This document shows, in pieces, positions 39,975 through 49,103 of a DNA stretch of 64,000 bases (position 1 is the stretch's first letter; every line of letters begins with the position of its first letter). The notes below the pieces were generated by a model. It ran no database searches. It was not told the origin of the DNA and was given only the letters and a program-made list of their open reading frames with translations. This stretch comes from a bacterium. GTDB lineage: Bacteria > Desulfobacterota > DSWW01. The stretch is taken from positions 96,001-160,000 of the forward strand of contig JBFLZG010000002.1 in the NCBI GenBank assembly GCA_040756235.1. The letters are read 5' to 3'. The position numbers and the translations under genes were made by a program.

Positions 39975-40247
39975 ATGACGAGGGACGACAAAGACAGAAT
40001 CGAAGACTCCGGAAAGGATCAGGAAAAGGCCGAGGAGGACAGGAAGATCCGCCAGCTCCGAATCGTGGCGGACTTCACCTGCTGGGTGCTCAGTGCGGAA
40101 GACATCCAGCTTTCAGAGGCCCGGCACATCATTGCGGGCGTGAAGAGATTCGCCATGGGTCTCTTTCCCGGGAAGGAAGAGACCTTCGATCTCATTTACG
40201 GTCGCAGATTCCGAAGGATCCTGTTGGAACGCTTTCCTCTTTCATAG
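39975..40247 (+). CDS. small hypothetical protein
   Basis: 90-aa ORF with LFPGKEETFDLIY..RF.R C-terminal motif; GAGG RBS. Confidence 0.7.
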   Translation: MTRDDKDRIEDSGKDQEKAEEDRKIRQLRIVADFTCWVLSAEDIQLSEARHIIAGVKRFAMGLFPGKEETFDLIYGRRFRRILLERFPLS

Positions 40248-40251
40248 AGCA

Positions 40252-40287
40252 TAGAGGCTGTCGATAAACGGCCATCTGCGGCGTTGC
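40252..40287 (+). repeat. truncated end of MITE-like intergenic repeat (copy D)
   Basis: TAGAGGCTGTCGATAAACGGCCATCTGCGGCGTTGC resembles the reverse complement of the copy A right end (TAGAGCCTGTACCAAAACGCCCATCTGCGG). Confidence 0.65.
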
Positions 40288-40357
40288 GCTCACGGCGCGG
40301 CACGCAGGCGGGGAAGCCTGCCCCGGCCAAAGCCGGGGTCCCCCGATAACCCCGGGC

Positions 40358-40759
40358 TCAGCCGTCCGTGCCGGTCCTCAAGTCCGGCTCGCGGACGGAG
40401 GGACCGCCGTTGTCGCTGACGACGCCGCCAAGGAGAACCTGCAACTCTTCGGGCCGAAGCAGGTCGCGGTCGTAGGATTTCCTTTCTTTGATCTGTCGAT
40501 AGCATTCTTCGTAGCGCTCGAGGCGCTTCTGGTGATGGTCCACCATCGCCCTTGCCTGCATGATGAACCCTTGGACGACCTCCCGTTCCGCATCGGTCCG
40601 GACTTGATTGTGCTCGTTCATCAGCAGATCGAGAAACCGCATCTCCCGCTTGATGTCAAAGGGGATGAGCTTCAGTTCTTTCTTGAGCTGTCTCAAGCCG
40701 AGGTCTAGGGACCTCTTGCCGTTTCTTGGCTTGCTGCTGCTCTTCCGCTTCTTCTCCAT
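40358..40759 (-). CDS. hypothetical coiled-coil protein with basic N-terminus
   Basis: 133-aa ORF, AAGGGG RBS, downstream of a sigma54 motif. Confidence 0.7.
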   Translation of the reverse strand: MEKKRKSSSKPRNGKRSLDLGLRQLKKELKLIPFDIKREMRFLDLLMNEHNQVRTDAEREVVQGFIMQARAMVDHHQKRLERYEECYRQIKERKSYDRDLLRPEELQVLLGGVVSDNGGPSVREPDLRTGTDG

Positions 40760-40823
40760 GTCTTTTCCCCTTTTCACGGCAAGTCAGGCTGAAGGTGTGG
40801 GTGCCAGGTGATAGCGGCTTTGG

Positions 40824-40839
40824 GCAAATAGCGTGCCAA
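40824..40839 (-). promoter_or_regulatory. sigma54 (-24/-12) promoter
   Basis: Minus strand TTGGCACGCTATTTGC, matching TGGCACG-N4-TTGC; AT-rich upstream region. Confidence 0.75.
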
Positions 40840-40889
40840 CTTTTCGTTTTATCGAATTTTTCTTGTGCGCCAAAGGCTTGTATGCATCT

Positions 40890-40932
40890 TGTCTCATTTA
40901 GGACTGATCTATTTGATGTCCCAATCCTTACA
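40890..40932. promoter_or_regulatory. tandem enhancer-like (bEBP UAS) sites
   Basis: TGT-CTCATTTAGG-ACT (40890) and TGT-CCCAATCCTT-ACA (40917), upstream of the sigma54 motif. Confidence 0.45.
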
Positions 40933-41094
40933 GACGTTGCCCGCCTTCCGTAAAAAAACAATGTAAAGATATTTATTCTGGCCAGAATCGTGGGACTTCC
41001 ACCCCGAGCGTACAGATTTGCACGTCACCGGAGGATGTGTTATCCACCGGCCGCAGGGCGCGGATGCTTTAAAGACCCGAGAGAAGGATGAAGC

Positions 41095-41487
41095 ATGCTT
41101 CTTCCAATCAGGACGTTTGCGGTTGTCTGTGGCTTCTTATCGGCCCTGTCGTCAGTCGCTGCACGGGCCGACGAGCAGATCGCCGGTGCGATCGAGAAGA
41201 ACGACCCGACGTTCGTGCGCGAGTACGAGGATCTCGACTACAAGGGTCACATGGACTGGAAGGAATGGGGCAAGGGGCTCAGGGCTTTGGGTTGGATAGG
41301 GGTTCGCGGAGACTCCGGCGAACCGAAGGATCTCCTGCTGCTGGTGGTGGATACCCGGACTCAGATCCTGAGAGTGGATGGCAGCAAAGGGGGATTTGAG
41401 GACCTCCTGCCCGGACGAAAGGTCTCCGCCAGCTATCGCATGGGCTGGGATGCCCTGCATGCTACCGAGGTCAGGGTCACCCGGTAG
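41095..41487 (+). CDS. exported hypothetical protein
   Basis: Signal peptide ending ARA; beta-rich C-terminus (L.PG.KV...Y......HA..V.V), possibly OB-like. Confidence 0.65.
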   Translation: MLLPIRTFAVVCGFLSALSSVAARADEQIAGAIEKNDPTFVREYEDLDYKGHMDWKEWGKGLRALGWIGVRGDSGEPKDLLLLVVDTRTQILRVDGSKGGFEDLLPGRKVSASYRMGWDALHATEVRVTR

Positions 41488-41552
41488 CAGCAGGAGCTCG
41501 GGACCGATGCTGTCCCGCTACGCTACGCGTGGATGAGGGTCGGAGAAGCGCT

Positions 41553-42197
41553 TCAGGACGAACGAGCTTTCTTGGCCTTCCGTATCACCACCAGAGAGTT
41601 GCGCGCGCCCGGCACGGCCCCTTGGACCAGGAGCAGATTTTGCTTGTCGCGGACTTCGACGACCTTCAGGTTCTGCATGGTCACGCGCGACCCGCCGTAC
41701 CGTCCCGCCATCTTCATTCCCTTGATGGTGTGCTGAGGGAAGCGGCACCCGATGGACCCTCCATGCCGGAAATATTCATGGGTCCCATGGCTGGCCGGGT
41801 AGCCGCGGAAGTTGTGCCTCTTCATCACCCCGGTGAACCCTCTGCCTTTGGATGTGCCGATTACATCGATCGTGTCGCCTGCCTGGAACTGGTCCACCCG
41901 GACCTCCTGGCCGAGCGAAAGCTGCACGAGCTCAGCCTCCGTGATCCGGAACTCCCTCAACGTCTTGAGCGGACCTACCTGGGCCCGATTGAGATGGCCC
42001 CGTACCGGCTTGTTGACCTTTCTGTCCGGGACGGATCCAAACCCGAGCTGGATCGCGCTATAGTGATCGTTGGCCTGGGTCTTGATCTGGGTGACATAGC
42101 AGGGGCCTGCCTGAATCACCGTGATGGGAGTCGGATGACCTTGGCTATCAAAGACTTGCGTCATGCCCAGCTTCTTTCCGATGATGCCGAGAGACAT
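41553..42197 (-). CDS. rplC: 50S ribosomal protein L3 (stand-alone)
   Basis: GIIGKKLGMTQVF, P.TVI.AGPC.VTQ.K, G.SKG.GF.G.MKRH.F, KG.KMAG, GAVPG. Confidence 0.95.
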   Translation of the reverse strand: MSLGIIGKKLGMTQVFDSQGHPTPITVIQAGPCYVTQIKTQANDHYSAIQLGFGSVPDRKVNKPVRGHLNRAQVGPLKTLREFRITEAELVQLSLGQEVRVDQFQAGDTIDVIGTSKGRGFTGVMKRHNFRGYPASHGTHEYFRHGGSIGCRFPQHTIKGMKMAGRYGGSRVTMQNLKVVEVRDKQNLLLVQGAVPGARNSLVVIRKAKKARSS

Positions 42198-42291
42198 GCT
42201 TCTGCTCCTTCTGGGAAGGATCGTTGTGTTTTCGAGTGACGCGGCCGGGCTGGAACGCTCGCGACCCGGTTAGAATCATCCAAACATTTCA

Positions 42292-42319
42292 ATCTTAGAA
42301 ATCGAGCGGAAAAAGTCAA
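42292..42319 (-). promoter_or_regulatory. sigma70-like promoter of rplC
   Basis: Minus strand TTGACT-N16-TAAGAT. Confidence 0.55.
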
Positions 42320-42472
42320 ACGGCGGTGCGGACGATTCCTTGCCATGTGCTTCGGATGCTGCAGCCCCTGCCAGGATCGCGGCGCTGCCGCACCGGTCCG
42401 CCCGACGGAAACCACGGCGTTCGGTCTCTCTCCGTTATTGCAGGGGCGGGACGATGGACGAGGCAGTGACCC

Positions 42473-43081
42473 ATGGCTTATGAGCGCAAGGACGCTTACT
42501 GGAGGCGGGCCAAGAGAGAAGGATACCGGTCCCGCGCCGCCTATAAGCTTCTGGAAATTCAGGAACGGTTCCGGATCCTGCGCAAGGGAGACCGGGTCCT
42601 GGACCTGGGGTGCGCCCCCGGCGGGTGGCTGCAGGTCATCGCTCCCTTAGTCGGATCGGCGGGGAAGGTCGTAGGAGTCGACCGCTTGCCCGTCGCTCCG
42701 CTGCCGTTTGCTAACACGGTCGTGATTCGAGGAGACATCCAGGACCCTGCCGTCCGGTTGGCGGTGCGGGAAACATTGGGAGGCGCTGTCCACGTGGTGA
42801 CCTCGGACATGTCTCCGGATCTCAGCGGAGTCGGATTTCAGGATCATCACCGCAGCTGCGAGCTTCTGCGGATGGCCCTGCCGTTTTGCCGAGAATTGCT
42901 CCTGCCGCAGGGTTCGTTACTGGCCAAGATCTTCGAAGGGGAGGAGATGAACTCGCTGCAGCGGGAGTTGGCGACCTTCTTCCGGGAGGTCAGGAGAGTG
43001 ATTCCCAAGGCCTCGCGCAAAGCCTCTTCCGAGGTCTATCTTCTGGCGAAGGGCTATCGGACCGACAGAAGTTTTCGTTGA
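42473..43081 (+). CDS. rlmE: 23S rRNA Um2552 methyltransferase
   Basis: GYRSRAAYKL, DLGCAPGGW.Q, SDM.P..SG, K.F.G, ASR..S.E.Y. Confidence 0.93.
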   Translation: MAYERKDAYWRRAKREGYRSRAAYKLLEIQERFRILRKGDRVLDLGCAPGGWLQVIAPLVGSAGKVVGVDRLPVAPLPFANTVVIRGDIQDPAVRLAVRETLGGAVHVVTSDMSPDLSGVGFQDHHRSCELLRMALPFCRELLLPQGSLLAKIFEGEEMNSLQRELATFFREVRRVIPKASRKASSEVYLLAKGYRTDRSFR

Positions 43082-43214
43082 CGGCTGCGGAACGGCGATC
43101 GACGTCTGGACCGATCCGCTGGCGACGATTTCAGGCAAACCGCCCGCCTTTGTCTCTGCCGAGTACTGCCACCCGATGACAGCTGGCGCGGCTGGTCCCG
43201 GTCTCCGGTGCCCT

Positions 43215-43242
43215 TTGATTTCTGCAGGCTGCATGGTAAATT
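43215..43242 (+). promoter_or_regulatory. sigma70-like promoter of leuC operon
   Basis: TTGATT-N16-TAAATT, with TG upstream of the -10. Confidence 0.45.
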
Positions 43243-43274
43243 GAATGGTCCGGTGCTGCGTTGTGGGGGAAAAC

Positions 43275-44543
43275 ATGGGGATGACCATCACCGAGAAGAT
43301 CCTTGCCGCCCATGCCAGCGAGCGCAAAGTCCGCCCCGGCGACATGGTGCTGGCGCGGGTCGACCTTGCATTGGCAAATGACGTCACGGGTCCGTTGGCC
43401 ATCGAGCGGTTTTCGGAAATCGGCTCCGTTGATTTGTTCGATCGGGAAAGAGTGGTGTTCGTTGCCGATCACTTCACTCCGAACAAGGACATTGCGGCGG
43501 CCAGCCAGTGCCAGCGTCTCAGGCAGTTCGCGAAAGCGCACGGACTGACCCATTATTACGAGGGCGGCGAGGCTGGTGTGGAACATGCCCTCCTGCCCGA
43601 GAAAGGGCTCATTGTTCCGGGCGACCTGATCGTCGGGGCGGACAGCCACACGTGTACTTACGGTGCCTTCGGGTCGTTTGCGACCGGAGTGGGCAGCACC
43701 GATCTGGCGGCCGTGATGGCTGCAGGCGAGATCTGGCTGCGGGTGCCGGAAAGCATCCGGGTAGACCTGCGAGGGGAGTTGAAGGATTGGGTGGAGGCCA
43801 AAGACGTCATCCTGTTCCTGATAGGGCAGATCGGTGTGGACGGTGCCCGCTACTGTGCCCTCGAATTCTCGGGTCCAGCGGTAGCGCAGTTGGGGATGGC
43901 CGGCAGGATGACCATGGCCAATATGGCCGTGGAGGCAGGGGCCAAGAACGGGATCTTTGCCGCAGACGAGACGGCTGCAGCCTACCTGAGACCGAGGACC
44001 TGCAGGAACGGCATCTCTCATCAGAGTGATGCCGGCGCCGAGTACAAGGAGGTCCGGTCGGCCGACCTGACCGGGATTGCTCCGCAGGTCGCTGTTCCGT
44101 TTTCGCCGGACCGAGTCATGGCCGTGCGGGACGCGGGCCTGGTTGCCGTCGACCAAGTCGTGATCGGCTCCTGCACCAACGGGCGCATCGAAGATCTGCG
44201 TTCCGCCGCCCGGGTTCTCCGCGGGCGCCGTGCGGCGCGTTCCGTCAGGCTCCTGGTCCTTCCGGCCACTCAGGAGTGTTATCGTCTGGCCCTGGAGGAG
44301 GGATTGCTTGCGGTTTTCCTGGACGCCGGGGCGGTGGTCGGCCCTCCTACCTGCGGCCCCTGCCTGGGCGGACACCTGGGGATCCTGGCCCCGGGGGAAA
44401 CTGCCGTTGCGACCACGAACCGGAATTTCCCCGGCCGGATGGGAGATGTGACCAGCCGGGTCTACCTGACGAATCCGTCGGTAGCAGCGGCCAGCGCGGT
44501 CCTGGGCCGGTTGGGAACCCCGGACCAGCTGCTCGGAGCCTGA
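43275..44543 (+). CDS. leuC: 3-isopropylmalate dehydratase large subunit (short LeuC/HacA type)
   Basis: TITEKIL, DH, GADSHTCTYG, IGSCTNGR.EDL, CGPCLG.H, TNRNF.GRMG. Confidence 0.92.
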   Translation: MGMTITEKILAAHASERKVRPGDMVLARVDLALANDVTGPLAIERFSEIGSVDLFDRERVVFVADHFTPNKDIAAASQCQRLRQFAKAHGLTHYYEGGEAGVEHALLPEKGLIVPGDLIVGADSHTCTYGAFGSFATGVGSTDLAAVMAAGEIWLRVPESIRVDLRGELKDWVEAKDVILFLIGQIGVDGARYCALEFSGPAVAQLGMAGRMTMANMAVEAGAKNGIFAADETAAAYLRPRTCRNGISHQSDAGAEYKEVRSADLTGIAPQVAVPFSPDRVMAVRDAGLVAVDQVVIGSCTNGRIEDLRSAARVLRGRRAARSVRLLVLPATQECYRLALEEGLLAVFLDAGAVVGPPTCGPCLGGHLGILAPGETAVATTNRNFPGRMGDVTSRVYLTNPSVAAASAVLGRLGTPDQLLGA

Positions 44544-44689
44544 CGGGTCCTCGGCGCCCGTTGAAGGCAGCCTCCGAGACAGGCCGGCGAAAAAGGTCGG
44601 GATGTAAGGAGAGGCAGGGCGGAGCACCGTGAACGGTTGAGTCCGCCCGCAATGCGCGGCGGAAACACGGCGCTTTCAGGAGCACTTGG

Positions 44690-45208
44690 ATGCAGCTCAT
44701 AGGAAGAGCTTGGAAGTTCGGGTCCAACGTGGACACCGACGTGATCGTTCCGGCCCGGTATCTGACCACGTTCGACCCTGGAGAATTGGCGCGACATTGC
44801 ATGGAAGGTATCGACCCGACGTTCTCCGGCAAATGCGCCCGCGGCGACCTCGTGGTGGCCGAGTGGAACTTCGGGTGCGGGTCCTCGAGGGAGCATGCGC
44901 CGATTGCACTGGCAGGTCTGGGAGTGTCTTGCGTGATCGCCAAGAGCTTTGCCCGGATCTTCTACCGCAACGCCTTCAACCTTGGACTTCCGGTGGTGGA
45001 AGCTCCGGAGGACATGATCGACGGGATTCAGACGGGCGATCAGCTCGAAGTGGATCTGTCCAATGGCATTCTGACGGACCGTGCCAGCGGGCGGAGCGCT
45101 TCCCTTCCGCCGATCCCGCCCTTCATGCAAGACCTTCTGGCCGCCGGAGGCTTGATCCCTTACCTGAGGAACCGTCTTTCAGGATCCCGCAACTCGCTAC
45201 CTTCGTAA
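44690..45208 (+). CDS. leuD: 3-isopropylmalate dehydratase small subunit
   Basis: NVDTDVI.PARYL, NFGCGSSREHAP, SFARIFYRNA.N.GL. Confidence 0.92.
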   Translation: MQLIGRAWKFGSNVDTDVIVPARYLTTFDPGELARHCMEGIDPTFSGKCARGDLVVAEWNFGCGSSREHAPIALAGLGVSCVIAKSFARIFYRNAFNLGLPVVEAPEDMIDGIQTGDQLEVDLSNGILTDRASGRSASLPPIPPFMQDLLAAGGLIPYLRNRLSGSRNSLPS

Positions 45209-45237
45209 CATTCGGGTTCACTGCGCCTGGGCCAGCC

Positions 45238-46347
45238 ATGGGTTTGAGCAGGAGAGAGTACAGGGTGACGATTCTCCCGGGCGACGGGGTCGGACCGGAA
45301 GTGATCGCCGTCGGCGAGCGCGTCCTGGGCGAGGTCGCGAAGCGGTTTTCTCTGGCGGCGGCTTTGAGCCGAGGCGAGATCGGGCAATGCGCGGTGGAGC
45401 GCCACGGGGTGCCGCTGACGCCGGAGACCCTGACGGAAGCGCAGCACAGCGATGCGGTCCTCCTCGGAGCCGTCGGCGGACCGGAGCCGGACAAGAGCAG
45501 ATACGCCGCAAGGCCGGAGGCCGGCCTGCTCGCGCTGCGCAAGGGTTTGGACCTGTACGCCAATCTGAGGCCGGTCAGGATCCTGCCCCCCCTGGTGGAT
45601 GCGTCTCCCCTGAAGCCCGCATGGGTAGCGGGAGCGGATCTCCTGGTCGTTCGCGAACTGCTGGGTGGGGTGTACTTCGGAGAGCCAAGGGGCAGAAAAA
45701 GCTGCGGGCAGGGTGATGAAATTGCGTTCAACACGATGAGCTACACGGCCTCTCAGATTGAACGGGTGGTGCGGCTGGCATTCGGGCTCGCCCGGCAGAG
45801 AACGCGTCGGCTCGTTTCGGTGGACAAGGCGAACGTCCTGGAGGTGAGCCTGCTCTGGAGAGACGTGGTGAATCGGGTGCGCCAGGAATTCCAGGATGTT
45901 GAGCTGTCCCATCAGTACGTGGACAATTGTGCCATGCAGTTGATCCAGCAACCGAGGCGGTTCGACGTGATCGTAACAGGGAATCTCTTCGGGGACATCC
46001 TCTCGGACGAAGCAGCAGTGCTTGCCGGATCCATCGGCATGCTTCCGTCGGCGAGTCTCGGCTCCAGGGGTTCTCTGTACGAACCCGTGCATGGAAGCGC
46101 CCCGGACATCGCTGGCAAGGATATCGCAAATCCCCTGGCTACGGTTTTGAGCGTGGCGATGATGTTCCGCTACGCCTTCAACGTGCAGGAGGCCTCAGAG
46201 CTCATCGAAAGGGCGGTTCTGCGTACCTTGGAAGCCGGTTACCGCACCGCCGACATCTATACGGAGGGGATGGTGAGGGTCGGCACACGAGAAATGGGAG
46301 ACCGGGTGCTGGATGAGATCGCCCGGTCGGGTGCCGGGCCTGCATGA
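45238..46347 (+). CDS. leuB: 3-isopropylmalate dehydrogenase
   Basis: PGDGVGPEV, LLGAVGGP, NLRP, VDKANV, NLFGDILSDEA, EPVHGSAPDIAGK. Confidence 0.95.
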   Translation: MGLSRREYRVTILPGDGVGPEVIAVGERVLGEVAKRFSLAAALSRGEIGQCAVERHGVPLTPETLTEAQHSDAVLLGAVGGPEPDKSRYAARPEAGLLALRKGLDLYANLRPVRILPPLVDASPLKPAWVAGADLLVVRELLGGVYFGEPRGRKSCGQGDEIAFNTMSYTASQIERVVRLAFGLARQRTRRLVSVDKANVLEVSLLWRDVVNRVRQEFQDVELSHQYVDNCAMQLIQQPRRFDVIVTGNLFGDILSDEAAVLAGSIGMLPSASLGSRGSLYEPVHGSAPDIAGKDIANPLATVLSVAMMFRYAFNVQEASELIERAVLRTLEAGYRTADIYTEGMVRVGTREMGDRVLDEIARSGAGPA

Positions 46348-47156
46348 GGAAGTTGCGCCTGGAGCTGGAGTACGAAGGAACCCGATATCACGGCTGGCAG
46401 CTGCAGCCTGCCGCGCCCACCATCCAGCAGGTCCTGGAAGAGACGCTGCAGAAGATCCTGGGGGAGAGCTGCCGTGTCTTGGGGGCAGGCAGGACCGACG
46501 CGGGCGTGCATGCGCTCGGACAGGTTGCGCATTTCGCCACAACCCGGAGTCTGGATGCGAAGTCCCTGCAAAAGGCCCTGAACAGCCTGCTGCCGGCCGA
46601 CATATCGATCAAAGACGCGCAGGACGTTCCGGAGTCGTTCCATGCCAGGAGGAGCGCCCTCAACAAGAGATATGAATACTGGATCTGGGACGATTCGAGG
46701 TCTTCGGTGCTGCATCACCGGTTCTGCTGGCACGTTCGGGTTCCATTGGACAGGGAAGGAATGCGTAGGGCGGCGCGGCACCTGACCGGGGAGCATGATT
46801 TTTCATCCTTCCAGGGGGCCGGCTGTGAGAGCGAGGGGAGCCCTGTAAGGCATGTGCGTCTCGTGGAGGTCGAGTGCGCGAAGGCCCCTCTGATCCGGAT
46901 CTCCGTGGAGGGCAGTTCTTTTCTGCGCCACATGGTAAGGGTCATGACCGGGACCCTGGCGGAGGTCGGGCTTGGGAGAATGGATGAAAAGGACATCCCC
47001 GGGATCCTTGCGGCCAGGGATCGGAGGCTTGCGGGAAGGACGGCGCCGGCCAAGGGGTTGTTCTTGATGTGGGTGGACTACGGCGAAGCGCTGGAGGGTG
47101 GCCGGGGAACCGGGGCGCAGGGTCGAGTCAGCCCGCCATGGCTGCCGACCCTGTGA
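46344..47156 (+). CDS. truA: tRNA pseudouridine(38-40) synthase
   Basis: Y.G..Y.GWQ, GRTDAGVHA.GQ, FHAR, HDFSSF, FL.HMVR, TAP..GL.L. Confidence 0.95.
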   Translation: MRKLRLELEYEGTRYHGWQLQPAAPTIQQVLEETLQKILGESCRVLGAGRTDAGVHALGQVAHFATTRSLDAKSLQKALNSLLPADISIKDAQDVPESFHARRSALNKRYEYWIWDDSRSSVLHHRFCWHVRVPLDREGMRRAARHLTGEHDFSSFQGAGCESEGSPVRHVRLVEVECAKAPLIRISVEGSSFLRHMVRVMTGTLAEVGLGRMDEKDIPGILAARDRRLAGRTAPAKGLFLMWVDYGEALEGGRGTGAQGRVSPPWLPTL

Positions 47157-47202
47157 GGCGCTGCGGGAGGGCGGCGCGGTGCACGGGTCGAGAACGGGGT
47201 GT

Positions 47203-47231
47203 TTGACTTGCTCGCCTTGAGCAAGTAAAGT
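47203..47231 (+). promoter_or_regulatory. sigma70-like promoter of rplM-rpsI with internal inverted repeat
   Basis: TTGACT-N17-TAAAGT; ACTTGCTC-GCCTT-GAGCAAGT dyad spans the spacer. Confidence 0.6.
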
Positions 47232-47296
47232 AACTTGTTTCATTTGTACGACCGCCTAATCGGAAAGCAAACATCGGGAAGCTCTGGAAGGCTCTC

Positions 47297-47761
47297 ATGA
47301 AGACCTATTTCGCGCGCAAGGAAGACGAGCTGGACAAGAAGTGGTATGTCGTGGACGCCGAAGGCAAGATCTTGGGCAGGTTGGCTTCCGAAGTGGCCAA
47401 GGTGCTGAGGGGGAAGAACAAACCCATCTTTACCCCGCACGTGGATACGGGCGATTTCGTCGTCGTGGTGAACGCGGAGAAGGTCAAGCTCACGGGGAAG
47501 AAGACGACCGAGAAGGTCTTCTATCATTACTCCGGGTATTTGGGGGGGCTCCGATCCACTTCTGTGGAGCAACTGTTGGCCAGGAGGCCGGAAGAGCTGA
47601 TTCGGCGTGCTGTCAAAGGGATGCTCCCGAAGAACCGCCTGGGCAGGCAGCTCATCAACAAGCTGAAGGTCTACAAAGGGCCGGAGCATCCCCATCAGGC
47701 ACAGAGGCCGGCTCCTCTGAACCTGGGGTCTCGAACGGCTTCGGTTGCCCGATTCAGCTAG
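47297..47761 (+). CDS. rplM: 50S ribosomal protein L13
   Basis: [45 protein letters not shown]. Confidence 0.97.
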   Translation: MKTYFARKEDELDKKWYVVDAEGKILGRLASEVAKVLRGKNKPIFTPHVDTGDFVVVVNAEKVKLTGKKTTEKVFYHYSGYLGGLRSTSVEQLLARRPEELIRRAVKGMLPKNRLGRQLINKLKVYKGPEHPHQAQRPAPLNLGSRTASVARFS

Positions 47762-47795
47762 TCGGGCGAGAGAATCCGAGCAAAGAGGGAAGAGC

Positions 47796-48206
47796 ATGGA
47801 AGAACGATCGCTGGAAGTGAATTTTCCGGTTCATGCAGTCGGCAAGAGGAAGAGCTCGATTGCCAGGGTGTGGATGGAACCGGGCAGCGGCAACATTCTG
47901 GTCAACCGGCAGCGATTGGAAGATTACTTCGGCCGCGAGACGTTGAGAATGGTGGTCAGGCAGCCTCTGGAGCTCGCGGGCGCCATCGACCGGTATGACT
48001 TCCGTGTGAGTGTGCAGGGCGGGGGGATTTCCGGCCAGGCGGGGGCGATCAAGCACGGGGTATCGAAGGCCCTGCTGCTGTCGGACCCCGGGCTGCGACC
48101 CACCCTGAAGAAGGCAGGATTCCTCACGAGAGATTCGAGAATCAAGGAAAGAAAGAAATACGGTCTTAGGGGAGCCCGAGCGCGTTTTCAGTATTCCAAG
48201 AGATGA
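47796..48206 (+). CDS. rpsI: 30S ribosomal protein S9
   Basis: [34 protein letters not shown]...AR...Q.SKR. Confidence 0.97.
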   Translation: MEERSLEVNFPVHAVGKRKSSIARVWMEPGSGNILVNRQRLEDYFGRETLRMVVRQPLELAGAIDRYDFRVSVQGGGISGQAGAIKHGVSKALLLSDPGLRPTLKKAGFLTRDSRIKERKKYGLRGARARFQYSKR

Positions 48207-48237
48207 GGATCTCTATCGGGATTTCTTGTGAGGTGAG

Positions 48238-48267
48238 GAAAGGCCTGCAGAAGGCCTTTCGCTTTTT
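48238..48267 (+). terminator. intrinsic terminator after rpsI
   Basis: GAAAGGCCT-GCAGA-AGGCCTTTC followed by GCTTTTT. Confidence 0.7.
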
Positions 48268-48350
48268 CGGCTGCTGCCCGCGTCCGCCCGGCAGCGGCGA
48301 ATCGGCCCGAGAAAATGGAACATCGGGCTGGCCCTTTCCCGGAGGTCTCC

Positions 48351-49103
48351 GTGGACACCTTCGCCATCATCCCGGCTCGTTTCGGATCGGCTCGCCTGCC
48401 GGGCAAGCCTCTGCTGGACCTTTGCGGAAAGCCTATCATTCAGCATGTTTATGAGAGAGTCCGGGAAGCCGGCGTGTTTGCCGCGGTTCTGGTCGCCACG
48501 GATTCGGAGCGGATCTTCCGATGTGTCGAGAGCTTCGGCGGTGATGCTGTGATGACGTCCCCCGATCACCGGAGCGGCACGGAGAGGATTGCAGAGGTGG
48601 CATCGGCTCTGGAAGCCCGGTGGATCGTCAATGTTCAGGGGGATGAGCCGTTCGTGCATCCGGAGATGCTCCGGGACCTGTGCTCGGCTTTCCGCGAAGA
48701 GGATCTCGCTCCCATGGCGACTCTCAGGTATCCGATCCAGGATGAGAGCGACCTGTGGAATCCCCACGTGGTCAAGGTGGTGGTGGACGAATCCGGTTAC
48801 GCTCTCTATTTCTCCAGGGCCGCGATCCCGTATCGACGGACCGACCCCGGTGCCGCGGAAATTGACGGCTCAGGGAGCGTGTGGTACAAGCATGTGGGAA
48901 TTTACGCCTATAGACGGGATTTTCTGCTGCGCTACCCCTCTTTGTCCGTCACTCCTCTCGAGGAAGCGGAAAAACTGGAGCAGTTGCGCGCTCTGGGACA
49001 CGGCCATCGAATTCGCGTTTACACGACCAAATGGGAGACTCTCGGGATCGATACGGAAGAGGATCTCCTGCGGGCCATCGATCGATGCAGGAGAGGGAGT
49101 TGA
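48351..49103 (+). CDS. kdsB: 3-deoxy-manno-octulosonate cytidylyltransferase
   Basis: IIPAR..S.RLPGKPL, SGTER, NVQGDEP, YFSR, H.GIY.Y, LE..E.LEQLR; GTG start after GGAGG. Confidence 0.95.
   Translation: MDTFAIIPARFGSARLPGKPLLDLCGKPIIQHVYERVREAGVFAAVLVATDSERIFRCVESFGGDAVMTSPDHRSGTERIAEVASALEARWIVNVQGDEPFVHPEMLRDLCSAFREEDLAPMATLRYPIQDESDLWNPHVVKVVVDESGYALYFSRAAIPYRRTDPGAAEIDGSGSVWYKHVGIYAYRRDFLLRYPSLSVTPLEEAEKLEQLRALGHGHRIRVYTTKWETLGIDTEEDLLRAIDRCRRGS

Noticed and set aside
41040..41048. DnaA box (TTATCCACC) in an AT-rich intergenic region, possible oriC
   Set aside because: Single imperfect box with no cluster and no dnaA/dnaN; the sigma54 enhancer region explains the AT-richness better.
43082..43274. 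Leucine attenuator or leader peptide before leuC
   Set aside because: No Leu-rich short ORF or terminator; a promoter-like motif sits only about 30 nt from the start.
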